Shown here piece by piece: positions 1 through 11,700 of a stretch of 64,000 nucleotides of DNA (within the stretch, counting starts at the first letter, position 1; each line of letters starts with the position of its first letter). The stretch is from Thermoplasmata archaeon. Lineage in GTDB: Archaea; Thermoplasmatota; Thermoplasmata; Thermoplasmatales; Thermoplasmataceae. A program made the position numbers and the translations under genes. Below the pieces are notes generated by a model. The model saw nothing but the letters and a program-made list of their open reading frames with translations, ran no database searches and had not been told where the DNA came from. The stretch covers positions 12,606 to 76,605 of the forward strand of contig JAJZXU010000022.1 of the NCBI GenBank assembly GCA_021806235.1, given 5' to 3'.

Positions 1-1093
1 CTGCTCCGGTGCCCAGAGTTTGACCCATTCCTGCAGCTGTAGGGGCATGGCAAACTCTTGCGCAGCTATCCACGTTGTTTGTTCCAATAACAACCCTTGC
101 GAACTTTTGGGTGAGATAATTTTCCTCGTTTGTGGCCCTTGACGAACCAAGAACACCTATTGAATCTGGTCCATACTGTGCTCTTGTATCCCTGAGTTTT
201 TCTGAGGCGTATTCCAGTGCCCCGTCCCATGTGGAAGGTGTCCATTTTCCATTGACCCGGATCATTGGATCTGTGACCCTGTCCGGAGAGTCAACAAATG
301 AAAATGAATACCGGCCCTTAACACAGAGATGCCCCCTATTCACAGGTGAATCAAGAACCGGAAGGATCTGTACAATCTTCCCGTGGGATGTCCCAATGTT
401 TATTTCACAGCCCGTGCCACAGTAGGAACAGATGCTATGTGTAAATTCTTCTGGATGCCCTTCCTTAATAACTGAAACATCTTCAATTGCCCCAGTTGGG
501 CATGTATCAGCACAGGCGCCGCAGCTCACGCAGGAACTTTCAGTAAGATTCTTACTTCCATCTGCCAGAAGGGTTACATCGTCCCCGCGTAGCCATTTTT
601 TCCAGACGAACTGTCCCTGAACTTCATCGCATATCCTGACGCATCTGTAACAGTTTATGCATTTATTCATATCCACATGTATAAATGGATGGATATCCAG
701 ATCTTCATAGACTTCACTGTTTTCTTTTAATGTCAATCCTTTGAGTAAACCGTATTTCTCGAGGTATCTGTAAAAATCCTTATTCCTGTCTATCTGATTT
801 AAATTGAAATTTTTTCTATCCATCATAAGTTTGAGAAGGGTTTTTCTATACCTGTCCAGATCCGGTGTTTCTGAACTCACAGCCATTCCGCCACGTATAG
901 GTGTCGTGCACGCTGTTACCGGATGGGCATTTCCATCTAACTGTACAACACACAACCTGCATCCGCCATAGTCCCTGAGACGTTCATCGTGGCACAATCC
1001 TGGAATATCAATTCCATTTTCCTTCGCTGCCTGGAAAACTGTAATCTGGTGATCAAATTCTGCAGTTTTCCCATCAATACTTATGCGAAACAT
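1..1093 (-). CDS. fdhA: Formate dehydrogenase alpha subunit (molybdopterin, NuoG-like N-terminal Fe-S domains); 5' part only, runs off the window
   Basis: Not in the ORF track; translated by hand from ATG 1093: MFRISIDGK...IPGLCHD...GGCRLCVV...TACTT...KCINCYRCVRIC...CVSCGACADTCP...CSYCGTGC...HLCVKG...NNVDSCARVCH. SD GAGGTGA lies just upstream and the start overlaps the upstream stop. Confidence 0.9.
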   Translation of the reverse strand, partial: MFRISIDGKTAEFDHQITVFQAAKENGIDIPGLCHDERLRDYGGCRLCVVQLDGNAHPVTACTTPIRGGMAVSSETPDLDRYRKTLLKLMMDRKNFNLNQIDRNKDFYRYLEKYGLLKGLTLKENSEVYEDLDIHPFIHVDMNKCINCYRCVRICDEVQGQFVWKKWLRGDDVTLLADGSKNLTESSCVSCGACADTCPTGAIEDVSVIKEGHPEEFTHSICSYCGTGCEINIGTSHGKIVQILPVLDSPVNRGHLCVKGRYSFSFVDSPDRVTDPMIRVNGKWTPSTWDGALEYASEKLRDTRAQYGPDSIGVLGSSRATNEENYLTQKFARVVIGTNNVDSCARVCHAPTAAGMGQTLGTGA

Positions 1094-2613
1094 GATCTCA
1101 CCTCCCTGTTGAAGTTTGTATTTGCACTGGAAAGGAACTCCCCCAAACCGGTTCCAAGGCCACAGAGACTCACCTCTTTCAGTGTGGATACAATGTCAGT
1201 ATAATCATCATATGATAGGGATTTATTCGTTCTGGTGGAGAATGCATCTTTGATTACACGACTCCCAATCCTGCAGGGGGTGCATTTTCCACACGACTCA
1301 AATGCCACAAAGGATGATACATTTTCTATGAGCTCATGCATGGATGTATGTTCATCGAATGCTATGACTCCCCCATGACCAAGAGAAGCCCCTATGGCAC
1401 GCATCTCCTCATAGCCAAGTTTAGTGGAAAATTTATCCGGCGTGACTATCCCAGCAAGTGGCCCTCCTACGATCACACCACTGACATTTCCTTCTTTTAA
1501 GCCACCACCAATCTCAAAGATAAGGTCTTCAAGGGATATACCAAGGTCAATCTCGTACAACCCCGGCCGCCTAAAAAGAGAGTTCAGGGAGACTGCTTTG
1601 GTACCCCTACTTTTCGAGAATCCAAGATCCTTAAATTTATCAGCCCCTTTTGTAAGTATCCATGGCACATTGGAGAGAGTCTCAACATTATCGATCACTG
1701 TTGGCATGTTAAACAGGCCACTTTCCGTTGGATAAGGAGGCCTTACAGAAACTTCTGGCCTCCTGCCCTCTATTGACCTCAACATGGCGGTTTCCTCACC
1801 ACATACGTAACTTCCCCTCCCCACTACAACACGAAGATCAAAGGAAAAATCAGAACCGAGAATATTCCTGCCAAGAAACCCATTTTCATTCATACTCCGG
1901 ATCGCACTCAAAATTGTGGAAATGGCTTCAGGATATTCTCTTCTGATGTAGATATAGCCTGCGTTTGATCCGGATGCATATCCGGCTATTACCGTTCCCT
2001 CGAGCAATTTGAAAGGGTCATATTCCATGATCACCTTATCAATATATGCACCGGCGTCACCTTCATCGGCATTAACAATAACATATTTTCTGTCCGATGA
2101 CTGTGTGAACACACTTTCCCACTTAACTCCTGTTGGAAAACCTGCACCTCCACGCCCTCTCAGCATTGAGTCCTTTATTGTTCCAACAACCTCTTCTCTA
2201 TTCATTGCAATAGCATTTTTCAGGGCCGAGAAGCCACCAGTATTTGAATAATCCTTAATGTCTCTGAGAGGCCCGTTGACAATGTTTTCAAGCACAATAG
2301 CCGCACTTGATTTTACCTCAATGCTTGGCTCTCCATTTTTATTCGAAGACGCAGGGCCAAGATAACACTTTCCCAGGCAGTAGGTTTTCTTTTCACTCCT
2401 CTCTGCCAATCCAAATAGGGGCGGGTCCCGAAAACGGGAAACAAAACAGGCCGTGCCTGAACAATATTCAATCCCATTATGATCCTCTGGAAATGTGTAA
2501 AAAGAGTCGACATCATTTAAAATACCTGATCCGGACCCGTTAATATTGGATAACTTTTCATGCTTCAAATGAGATGTTTTTTTAACCTTCTTCTTCTCTT
2601 CTCTTCTTTCCAT
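1081..2613 (-). CDS. NuoF/FdsB-like FMN/NADH-binding subunit with a short NuoE-like 2Fe-2S N-terminus
   Basis: LRGRGGAGFPTG, NADEGD, GSYVCGEET and ESCGKCTPCR motifs; N-terminal CSGTAC...CLGKC. Confidence 0.9.
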   Translation of the reverse strand: MERREEKKKVKKTSHLKHEKLSNINGSGSGILNDVDSFYTFPEDHNGIEYCSGTACFVSRFRDPPLFGLAERSEKKTYCLGKCYLGPASSNKNGEPSIEVKSSAAIVLENIVNGPLRDIKDYSNTGGFSALKNAIAMNREEVVGTIKDSMLRGRGGAGFPTGVKWESVFTQSSDRKYVIVNADEGDAGAYIDKVIMEYDPFKLLEGTVIAGYASGSNAGYIYIRREYPEAISTILSAIRSMNENGFLGRNILGSDFSFDLRVVVGRGSYVCGEETAMLRSIEGRRPEVSVRPPYPTESGLFNMPTVIDNVETLSNVPWILTKGADKFKDLGFSKSRGTKAVSLNSLFRRPGLYEIDLGISLEDLIFEIGGGLKEGNVSGVIVGGPLAGIVTPDKFSTKLGYEEMRAIGASLGHGGVIAFDEHTSMHELIENVSSFVAFESCGKCTPCRIGSRVIKDAFSTRTNKSLSYDDYTDIVSTLKEVSLCGLGTGLGEFLSSANTNFNREVRSCFA

Positions 2614-2843
2614 TTGCTTTTCCTCCTATCATAAAAACTTTTGCTTAATATTTATTAATATTCTTATTATATATTAATTTTGTTGCATATTCCTATAGCT
2701 ATTATCTTCCTTTGTTTTAATTATTTATATTTTATAATATTTTTGTATTATGTTTATTTGTAACAGTAATATCATCTGCATATCTACATTCATAAAATGA
2801 TTGCTTAGAAAATTATTTAATATTGTTATATATTTATCATACA

Positions 2844-4301
2844 ATGGAAAAAACAGAAATAAGCAATTACGAATATAAAATACTGAATTATATAAAAGAT
2901 AAAAAAAATGTAAATGAAAATAATATAAATATAAACGAAAATGAGAGAATAATTTCAAGTTCAATATCATATTTAGAATTTAAAAAATTAATAGATGTCA
3001 GGAAAGAGTATAAAAAAACATACAGTATTACAGATGAGGGGGATGAATATTTAAAAAATGGTTTTCCTGAAGAAAAATTATATAATATATTAAAGGACAA
3101 AAAGGAATTAACGGTAAGGGAAATTCAGAATTATTTAAACGATAAATATAAAATAGCAATGGCAAACCTTGCCAAACTTGGAATAAAACCTGTAAATGGA
3201 AAAATTGTTTATAATAATGATAATTTAAATAATATTTTCAGTGAAAATAGATTGGTTTTAAGTGGAATAAAGGATAAAAAATATTCCGAAAATAAAAAAA
3301 TAAATGAATTTATAAAAAGAAATTTAATAACTGAGAAAAATAACCTGACAAGAATAATAAATATAAATGACAGTGGATTAAATGCGTTAAAAAACTATGA
3401 GAATAATGATTATATGGAATTGCTAACACCTGAAATAATAGCATCTGGAGAATGGAAAAATAAAAAATTCAGAAAATATGACCTGAATTCCAGGGTTGAA
3501 AGAATAAATGGTGCTGGTTTACATCCATTAACATATTTAATAGAGGAGATAAGAAAAATATTTTTAGAAATGGGATTCACAGAAATGCATGGCCATTATA
3601 TGGAATATACCGCGTGGAATATGGATATGCTATTCATACCACAGGATCATCCTGCAAGGGATTTACAGGATACATTTTATTTAAAAAATAACAATGAAAT
3701 GGAATTTGAAGATCCGGAAATATTGAAAATAGTAAAAAGAGTTCATGAAAAGGGTTATAAAAATTATTCTGGATGGAACTATAAATGGTCAGAAGAAGAG
3801 GCTAAAAAAATAATATTAAGAACGCATACAACTGTAAACACAATAAGACATTTATATCATAATAAGGAAGAACCACAGTTTGTTTTTTCCATAGAGAAGG
3901 TATTCAGGCATGAAAGTGTTGACTGGAAACATTTATCCGAACTATACCAGATAGAGGGATCGGTATACAGTAAAGATGCAAATCTATCAACGTTAAAATG
4001 GCTATTGAGAGAATTTTATTCGAGGCTTGGGTTTGACAATATAAGATTTTTACCCTCATATTATCCCTATACAGAGCCGAGCATGGATGTTATAGTGGAT
4101 ATAAATGGTAAGGAAGTGGAAATGGGCGGTTCGGGAATATTCAGGCCGGAGGTTACAGGGCCACTGGGATTGAAGTCCCCTGTGCTTGCCTTCGGACTTG
4201 GGCTGGAAAGGCTGGCAATGATATATTATAATTTAAATGATATAAGGGAGATATATAACGGTGATCTGAACTGGCTAAAAAATTATAAAATAAGATTTTA
4301 A
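2844..4301 (+). CDS. pheS: Phenylalanyl-tRNA synthetase alpha subunit
   Basis: PQDHPARDLQDTF, FRHESVDWKH, YPYTEPS, FGLGLERLAM; ATG 2844 preferred over TTG 2823. Confidence 0.97.
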   Translation: MEKTEISNYEYKILNYIKDKKNVNENNININENERIISSSISYLEFKKLIDVRKEYKKTYSITDEGDEYLKNGFPEEKLYNILKDKKELTVREIQNYLNDKYKIAMANLAKLGIKPVNGKIVYNNDNLNNIFSENRLVLSGIKDKKYSENKKINEFIKRNLITEKNNLTRIININDSGLNALKNYENNDYMELLTPEIIASGEWKNKKFRKYDLNSRVERINGAGLHPLTYLIEEIRKIFLEMGFTEMHGHYMEYTAWNMDMLFIPQDHPARDLQDTFYLKNNNEMEFEDPEILKIVKRVHEKGYKNYSGWNYKWSEEEAKKIILRTHTTVNTIRHLYHNKEEPQFVFSIEKVFRHESVDWKHLSELYQIEGSVYSKDANLSTLKWLLREFYSRLGFDNIRFLPSYYPYTEPSMDVIVDINGKEVEMGGSGIFRPEVTGPLGLKSPVLAFGLGLERLAMIYYNLNDIREIYNGDLNWLKNYKIRF

Positions 4302-4346
4302 ATGCAGAATAATTAAATTTTATTAATAATAATTTAATACGTGTTT

Positions 4347-4814
4347 ATGAAAGTAGCTGTTATAATGGGTAGTTCCTCAGATTTTAATTCTATGAAGGAT
4401 GCAATAGATACATTGAAGGAGTTTGGAATAGAGGTTGAAGCCAGAATTGTTTCTGCACATAGAACACCGGAATTCATGCTGGAATACGCAAAAACTGCAG
4501 TAAAGAAGAATATAGAAGTGATAATTGCCGGTGCCGGTGGAGCTGCACATTTGCCTGGAATGGTTGCATCAATGACTTCATTGCCCGTTATAGGTGTTCC
4601 TGTTCAATCCAGGGCCTTAAATGGACTGGATTCATTATTATCAATAGTTCAGATGCCTTCAGGTATTCCAGTGGCAACAGTGGCTATAAATGGCTCCAGA
4701 AACGCAGCCCTGCTTGCAGTAAGAATACTCTCAGTAAAATATGATAAATTGAGGATTTTAATGGAAGATTATATGGAAAAACAAAAAGATAAGGTTCTGG
4801 GTGAAAAATTATGA
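4347..4814 (+). CDS. purE: N5-CAIR mutase
   Basis: [34 protein letters not shown]. Confidence 0.97.
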   Translation: MKVAVIMGSSSDFNSMKDAIDTLKEFGIEVEARIVSAHRTPEFMLEYAKTAVKKNIEVIIAGAGGAAHLPGMVASMTSLPVIGVPVQSRALNGLDSLLSIVQMPSGIPVATVAINGSRNAALLAVRILSVKYDKLRILMEDYMEKQKDKVLGEKL

Positions 4815-5893
4815 TTCTTGGCATTATTGGTTCCGGCCAGCTGGGCTATATGATGATAAATACCATGAGAAAGTATCCAATGGAATTTTATGTTATAGAT
4901 GAAAATAAGGGTCCTGCAGGGTATATAGCCGATAAATTTTTTTATTTAAATGATTACAAAACCTTTGTTGATTCGTGTGATTATGTTACCTTTGAATTTG
5001 AACAGGTGGATGAAACGGTTTTAAAATATGCCGGAGAAAAGAATAAGTTAAGGCCGGATATAAAAAGTGTAAATTTAAAAAAAGATAGATTGCTGGAAAA
5101 GGATTTTTTGAGGAATAACAACCTGCCTGTTGCTGAATATGAAATTGCCGATGATTATAAAAAAGCCTTTGATATTGCACAGTCCTTTGGAAAGGGTGTA
5201 ATTAAATCAAGGCATGGTGGCTATGATGGCAAAAACCAGTATTTTATAGATAAGAATACTAAATACATGGCTCATGATAATATACCGTATGTAATAGAAA
5301 AATTCATAGATTATGATTATGAAGCTTCTATAATAGCAGTGAGGAATGAAAATAAAGACTTTGAATTTTTTGACCCCTCATTCAATTATAATAAAAATGG
5401 AATATTGATATATAATATAGCACCGGTAAAAAATAATAATATAAGCAGTAAAATGATTAATATAGCAAAAACGCTTATGAATAAATTAAATTACATAGGT
5501 GTCATGGGAATAGAATTTTATGCTGTAAATGATAATGTTATAATAAACGAATATTCACCAAGGGTTCATAATACAGGGCACCATACAGTATCCGGTTCAT
5601 CAATATCACAGTTTGAAGAGCATGTAAGGTCTGTAATGAATTTAAAAATAGTTAAACCTGTTTTATTTAAGCCCTCTGGAATTTTAAATATTATTGGAAC
5701 AGATATAAACGGTAAAATCAATAAAATAATCGATGATAAAACAGATATATACTGGTACCATAAATCCGATGTAAGGCGTAAAAGAAAAATGGGGCACATC
5801 AATATATACGATGATTGCTATGATAATATACAGAAAAAAATAAATGAGTTAATTAATATTGTTTATGAAAATGGATTAGACAGTTATATATAA
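4811..5893 (+). CDS. purK: N5-CAIR synthase (ATP-grasp)
   Basis: [31 protein letters not shown] overlap with purE. Confidence 0.95.
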   Translation: MILGIIGSGQLGYMMINTMRKYPMEFYVIDENKGPAGYIADKFFYLNDYKTFVDSCDYVTFEFEQVDETVLKYAGEKNKLRPDIKSVNLKKDRLLEKDFLRNNNLPVAEYEIADDYKKAFDIAQSFGKGVIKSRHGGYDGKNQYFIDKNTKYMAHDNIPYVIEKFIDYDYEASIIAVRNENKDFEFFDPSFNYNKNGILIYNIAPVKNNNISSKMINIAKTLMNKLNYIGVMGIEFYAVNDNVIINEYSPRVHNTGHHTVSGSSISQFEEHVRSVMNLKIVKPVLFKPSGILNIIGTDINGKINKIIDDKTDIYWYHKSDVRRKRKMGHINIYDDCYDNIQKKINELINIVYENGLDSYI

Positions 5894-6412
5894 TCATAGC
5901 AGTAAAACGCCTTTTACACCATCAACATTTTTAATATTATTTAAAATATTGCCTGAAACTGGTATTGATGTTACTATAATAGCCTTTGGATTATCAAGAA
6001 TCTCGGGGTCATCGGTTATAACCTGCCTTACATTTATCCCATTTGATGAGAGTATTGACATTACTCCAGAAATTATGCCGGGTTTATTTGCATCATCCGG
6101 TATTATTTCTATAACACCGAAACCTATTTTTGAACCTGCACCTTCGAAATTGGAGACTGGTTTTAAATTATAAAAGAAATCATATAATTTTTTATCTTTA
6201 ATTATCCTTGCCAGCATATTTACAACAACCCTCCTATCCACCTTATATGCCCTGGCTATTGAATTTGGCTTTACCTCTATTTCATCACAAAAAATTTTGG
6301 TTTCATCACCAATAATCCTGACAGAGAGTCCGACACTAATTAATTTCTGTATGACCTTTTTCTCAGCAGGATAGCTGTCAAATGCAGTGTTTATATAGTC
6401 CCACATATCCAT
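5894..6412 (-). CDS. ACT-domain regulator of amino-acid metabolism (archaeal family)
   Basis: HTH-like IARAYKVDRRVV plus ACT-like PGIISGVMSILSSNGINVRQV; start uncertain. Confidence 0.75.
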   Translation of the reverse strand: MDMWDYINTAFDSYPAEKKVIQKLISVGLSVRIIGDETKIFCDEIEVKPNSIARAYKVDRRVVVNMLARIIKDKKLYDFFYNLKPVSNFEGAGSKIGFGVIEIIPDDANKPGIISGVMSILSSNGINVRQVITDDPEILDNPKAIIVTSIPVSGNILNNIKNVDGVKGVLLL

Positions 6413-6579
6413 ATATAACAATCGCATATAATAAACTTACACTAACATTCCATGCCAGTTTTCTTCCATTATTTTTTATCCAGCAAAATAGATAAAAATA
6501 TCGTATTATTCTAAGATACAGTAAATGATTGTATTATCAGATTTACATAACACACATTTTTGCCTCAGAAATACTGTAA

Positions 6580-6820
6580 ATTTAAGTGGTTACAGTTTAT
6601 ATGGGCATGGACTCCTAACACAGGAAAATTGCCATAGACTTAATGGTAATATTAATATAATAATCCCGTTATTTTCCCTCATCTGGAGACAGCGGCTCAC
6701 TGGCGATTAAAGCGATGAAATAAAATTACTGCCATTTCCATGTTTACCGCTTTCTCAAACATCCCTGCGGTGAGGAAGGAGAGAACGGCAACAAAGACAT
6801 GTTATGCATGGTCTATCCAG
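6580..6820 (-). pseudogene. Degenerate transposase fragment (IS1634/IS4-like C-terminus)
   Basis: Minus-strand reading from 6801: HVFVAVLSFLTAGMFEKAVNMEM, resembling the RAHVFxxxLxYL helix of IS1634 transposases; bounded by stops; GC-richer than the flanks. Confidence 0.4.
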
Positions 6821-6863
6821 TAAAATAAATAATTTTATATGGTCGGGTTTAAATTAAAAATTA

Positions 6864-7523
6864 TTATTTTGAATATTTTTCTACAAGTTCCTTGAATCTG
6901 TCATAGTTTTCTGGTTTGTGTACATTAAGGTCTGAGTTTTTCATTGTGCTTATTATAAATTCTACAGGAAATTGCATCGGTAGCTTTGAAACAACAAATT
7001 TTGCTGTCTCTTCAGGTTTTTCTTTAAACAGTTTTATTCCCTGGTTATATGCCTCTACAAATTCATTTTCATGGTCATACACTGCTGCACCACAACTACC
7101 CGGGATATAGATATTGTTTTTCTTGAAGTATTCTTCTGTGCTTACACCAGAATTATCCATCGCAGGTACAACAACTGTATCAACTTCGTTTTTATTCATG
7201 GCGTTCATGAGGTCTCCCATGCTTTCATAATATTTTATATCAACGTTCTGATGTATCTGGTCCACAAGTGCCCTGAACAGTATATCTGCTGCACCACCTT
7301 TTCTTGCCATTCCAATTTTATATCCAAGTTTTGGTGTAACCCTTGATAGATTCTCAATTGTTACATAATTCAATGGTAGTTCTCTTTTCATTAAAGAAAC
7401 TGTAGAATCAAGGACGACATCCGCCTTCCCCTCCTTTTTAAACTCAATATCCAGATCATTCCTTACCATCTGTGCCGCTACCATAGGATAACACACAGGT
7501 CCAGGTGCTGCTATTATTTTCAT
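6864..7523 (-). CDS. DUF3834-like protein (periplasmic-binding-protein-like)
   Basis: N-terminal IIAAPGPVCYP and PGSCGA motifs recalled from this Thermoplasma/Sulfolobus family. Confidence 0.65.
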   Translation of the reverse strand: MKIIAAPGPVCYPMVAAQMVRNDLDIEFKKEGKADVVLDSTVSLMKRELPLNYVTIENLSRVTPKLGYKIGMARKGGAADILFRALVDQIHQNVDIKYYESMGDLMNAMNKNEVDTVVVPAMDNSGVSTEEYFKKNNIYIPGSCGAAVYDHENEFVEAYNQGIKLFKEKPEETAKFVVSKLPMQFPVEFIISTMKNSDLNVHKPENYDRFKELVEKYSK

Positions 7524-7684
7524 AGTTAGTAATAGATAAGTAATTTATTAATGTAATGTTTTTGTTAACATTAGAATAAAAATAAATAATATAAATGAGA
7601 TAAATAATATATTTTATAATATCGATAATAAAAATAACAGAAAATAATATAAGTAAAGTAGAAATTAACTTTTTTAAGATTTAA

Positions 7685-8740
7685 ATGGAAAAATACTTAA
7701 TTCTTGAAGACGGAACGGTAATTAGTGGCAAAGGTTACGGCTATAGTGGGGAAACAGAGGGAGAGCTCGTTTTCACCACATCGATGTCTGGTTATATTGA
7801 AACAATAACAGACCCATCATATGCAGGAGAGATACTCATTTTTGCATTCCCGGAAATTGCAAATTACCCATTAAGCTATGAAAATATGGAATCAAACAAA
7901 ATTCAAATATCAGGCCTGATAACAAAGGATGCACATAATATTTTTTATGGTGGTGAATCGGGCAGGGATTTTAATGAGTTTTTAAAGGATAATAAAATAC
8001 CGGCAATAGATGGTGTGGATACAAGGTTTCTGGTGGAGAAGATAAGGGAGAATGGTGTTTTAAGGGCTGTTATATCAAATAAAAATGAAATGCCAGATAA
8101 ATTTGATAACCCCTACGATAAAAATTTAGTTGGGTCAGTGTCGAGGAAAAATTACCAGTATTATGATTCTGGCAACAGAAAAAATATACTGTTTATCGAT
8201 GTTGGAACAAAAAACAGTTTAATAAATAAGTTGGGTGAAATAGCGTCATTGCATATGGTTCCGTATAATTATGACCTTTTTAATATAAAATTTAAATATG
8301 ATGCCATATTTATTCCAAATGGCCCCGGAGACCCATCCCATGAATCACTGAAAAATATAAGGGAGTTTATAAGGGAGAAATATAATGAGGTGCCGGTTAT
8401 GGGTGTATGCCTTGGAAATCAACTAATAGCACTGTCATTTAATGGCAGTACCGAAAAAATGAAATTCGGCCACAGGGGAGTTAACCATGCTGTTATAAAT
8501 GATAATAAAATATACATAACATCACATAACCATGGTTATGCAATAAACAGGGACTCGTTAAAGAATACAGATTTGAGGATAACTGGCTCTGATATAAACG
8601 ACAATACCGTTGAAATGATAGAGCACAGGGAGTTGCCGGTATATTCTGTACAGTTCCATCCCGAGGCACATCCGGGGCCCTATGATGGGGACTGGTTTTT
8701 TGAAAAAATAAAAAATACAATAGGTGCTAAAAATGATTAA
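7685..8740 (+). CDS. carA: Carbamoyl-phosphate synthase small subunit
   Basis: TDPSYAG, NGPGDP, GVCLG, HNHGY, QFHPEA. Confidence 0.97.
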   Translation: MEKYLILEDGTVISGKGYGYSGETEGELVFTTSMSGYIETITDPSYAGEILIFAFPEIANYPLSYENMESNKIQISGLITKDAHNIFYGGESGRDFNEFLKDNKIPAIDGVDTRFLVEKIRENGVLRAVISNKNEMPDKFDNPYDKNLVGSVSRKNYQYYDSGNRKNILFIDVGTKNSLINKLGEIASLHMVPYNYDLFNIKFKYDAIFIPNGPGDPSHESLKNIREFIREKYNEVPVMGVCLGNQLIALSFNGSTEKMKFGHRGVNHAVINDNKIYITSHNHGYAINRDSLKNTDLRITGSDINDNTVEMIEHRELPVYSVQFHPEAHPGPYDGDWFFEKIKNTIGAKND

Positions 8741-11700
8741 GTCTCTCAAATGTACTCTGGTAATAGGTTCAGGACCAATAGTTATAGGGCAAGCAGCGGA
8801 ATTTGATTATTCAGGATCACAGGCATGCCTGGCATTAAAGGAAGAGGGAATAAAAACAGTTTTATTAAATTCGAATCCTGCAACAATACAGACAGATAAG
8901 GAAATAGCAGATAAAATATATATAGAGCCCATAGAGCCGGATACGGTAATAGAGATAATAAGGAAGGAAAAAATAGATTCAATACTGCCCTCAACCGGTG
9001 GGCAGGTAGGTTTAAATCTGGTTATACTGCTCGGTAAACTTGGAATTTTATCAATGTATAATATTAAGGTTCTCGGCACTCCTGTTAGTTCTATTGAAAT
9101 TGCAGAGGATAGAAATAAATTCTTTAACCTTATGAAAAAAATAAATGAGCCGATAATAGATTCATATACATTAAAAAAAGATAACTATATGGATGAAATA
9201 GGAAAAATTAAAAGGTACCCATTAATATTGAGAACAGGTTTTTCTCTGGGAGGATCAGGGGGCACAGTAATAAATGATAAAAATGAGTTATTAAAATACT
9301 GCAATGAATATTTCTCAATAAAGAATTATGACATAGAACTTGATGAATCATTGCTGGGATTAAAGGAGATAGAATATGAAATGATGAGGGATAACAATGG
9401 CAACTGTATATCAATATGCAACATGGAAAACCTTGACCCTATGGGAGTACATACCGGTGAAAGCATAGTTGTTACACCATCACTGACCCTGAGCAATGAC
9501 GATTACCAGAAATTAAGGACATCCGCAATACATATAGTAAGCGAAATTGGGGTTGTTGGTTCATGCAATATACAGTTTGCACTGAATCAGAAAACAAACG
9601 AATATTATGTCGTCGAGGTAAATCCCAGAACTTCAAGGTCATCTGCCCTGGCATCAAAGGCTTCCGGATATCCAATTGCAAGAATTTCAACAAAAATAGC
9701 TATGGGGTATAATTTAAATGAAATAAAAAATCCCATTACAAAAAATACATATGCCGCTTTTGAGCCCTCACTGGATTATATAACGGTAAAAATACCCAGA
9801 TGGCCATTTGATAAATTTTCTGTAAAAAGAGATATAGGCATAGAGATGAAATCAATAGGTGAGGCAATGGGAATCGGCAGGATATTTGAAGAGGCCCTAT
9901 TAAAATCAATATCGTCTTTAGATATTAAAAATTCAAAAACACTGAGATTGTTTACAAATAAGGATGAAACTATGGAACTGCTGGAAGGGTCAACGGATCA
10001 GAGAATATTTGCCATTTTTGAGGCACTGTTCCAGGATATTGATATGAATATTATATGTGAAAAAACCGGATATGATGATTTCTTTGTAAATAAAATGAAT
10101 AATATTGTAAACGCAATAAAAAACATAGAGATAAACAGTATAGATAATATCAGGGAATTGAAAATTCTGGGAATTTCGGATGAAACAGTATCATATTATG
10201 CAAAAATGGATATTCTGGATATAATAAAATACAGGTTCAAAAACAATATTTTGCCGGCTTATAAAAATATAGATACATGTTCTGCAGAATTTAATTCTGA
10301 TACACCGTATTTATATTCATGTTACGATGTATACAGTGATTTAAAGGTAAAAAATAGCAGGAAAATAATAATTATAGGATCCGGGCCAAACAGAATTTCA
10401 CAGGGAGTTGAATTTGATTACGGTGCGGTGAAATCTATTATCGCATTGAAAAAACTCGGTTATACATCAATAATGGTTAACAGCAATCCGGAAACTGTTT
10501 CAACGGATTTCGATGTTTCCGATATTTTATATTTTGAACCGATAACTCTAGAACATATATCCAACATTATAAAAAGGGAAAATCCCGATGGAATAATAAT
10601 ACAGTTCTCCGGGCAGACGGGACAGAACATGGCTAAGGATTTAAATGAATTATTTAATAATATAATCCTTGGAACAAAACCGGAGGACATATATAAAATA
10701 GAGGAGAGAACAATATTTTCAAGGAAATTAAGGGAATTAAATATTAAACAGCCAAACTTTATTGAAATAAATAATTTAAATGACATGGAGGAAAAAATTA
10801 TTAAAATAAAATTGCCGGTAATCATAAGGTCAAGTTTCATAATAGGCGGAAGGGCAATGGATATAATATATGATTATGATATATTATCAAAAAGGGTTAA
10901 GGAATTATTTACAGAAAGGCCCGGATACCCGATTTTAATAAGTGAATATCTGCAGGAAGCAACAGAAATAGATGTTGATTTTGTTTCAGATAAGAACAAA
11001 TCTGTACTATGTGGAATATCTGTTCACATAGAGGAAGCTGGGACACATTCCGGGGATGCTACAATGGTTTTAGGGCCAGATGCAATTGATAATAAGAAAA
11101 CGGATGAAATAGAAAAGATAGTAGAAAAAATGAGGAGTAATTTTAATCTAATAGGATTGTCAAATTTACAGATCGCAATAAAAAATGATGATATATATAT
11201 TATAGAATTAAATTCAAGATCCTCCAGATCAATACCATTTGTTTCAAAGGCAACGGATATCAACTGGGTAGAAGCTGGGATAAAGGCTATTTTTGGAAAT
11301 GACATAGATGAAAAATACATAATCCCGAAATCCCATTTCATAAAGGTGCCTGTATTCCCATTTAAGAGATTTAAGGATCTTGATGTTATACTTGGGCCAG
11401 AAATGAAATCCACCGGTGAAGCAATGTGCTGTGGCAAGACATTTAATGAATCCATGTCAAAGGTTATAAAAATTATGAAGAGGAACTTTAAATTAGAATC
11501 CGTTATAATTACAGTTAATGACAGTGATAAGGATATAGCAATAAAAATAGCCAGGGAATTAAATAAAAATAGTATAAAAATATATGCAACTCCTGGAACA
11601 TCGAAGAAATTAAATGATAGTAAAATAGAAAATATTACGGTGTACAGGATAAAGGATATGAGGTCACCGGGACTTATAGAAGCAATAAAAAATGATAATA

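Noticed and set aside
132..2543. Short plus-strand ORFs over the FDH genes, and similar antisense ORFs throughout (e.g. 11024-11848, 15099-15662, 52614-53234)
   Set aside because: Antisense shadows of well-supported genes; no recognisable motifs.
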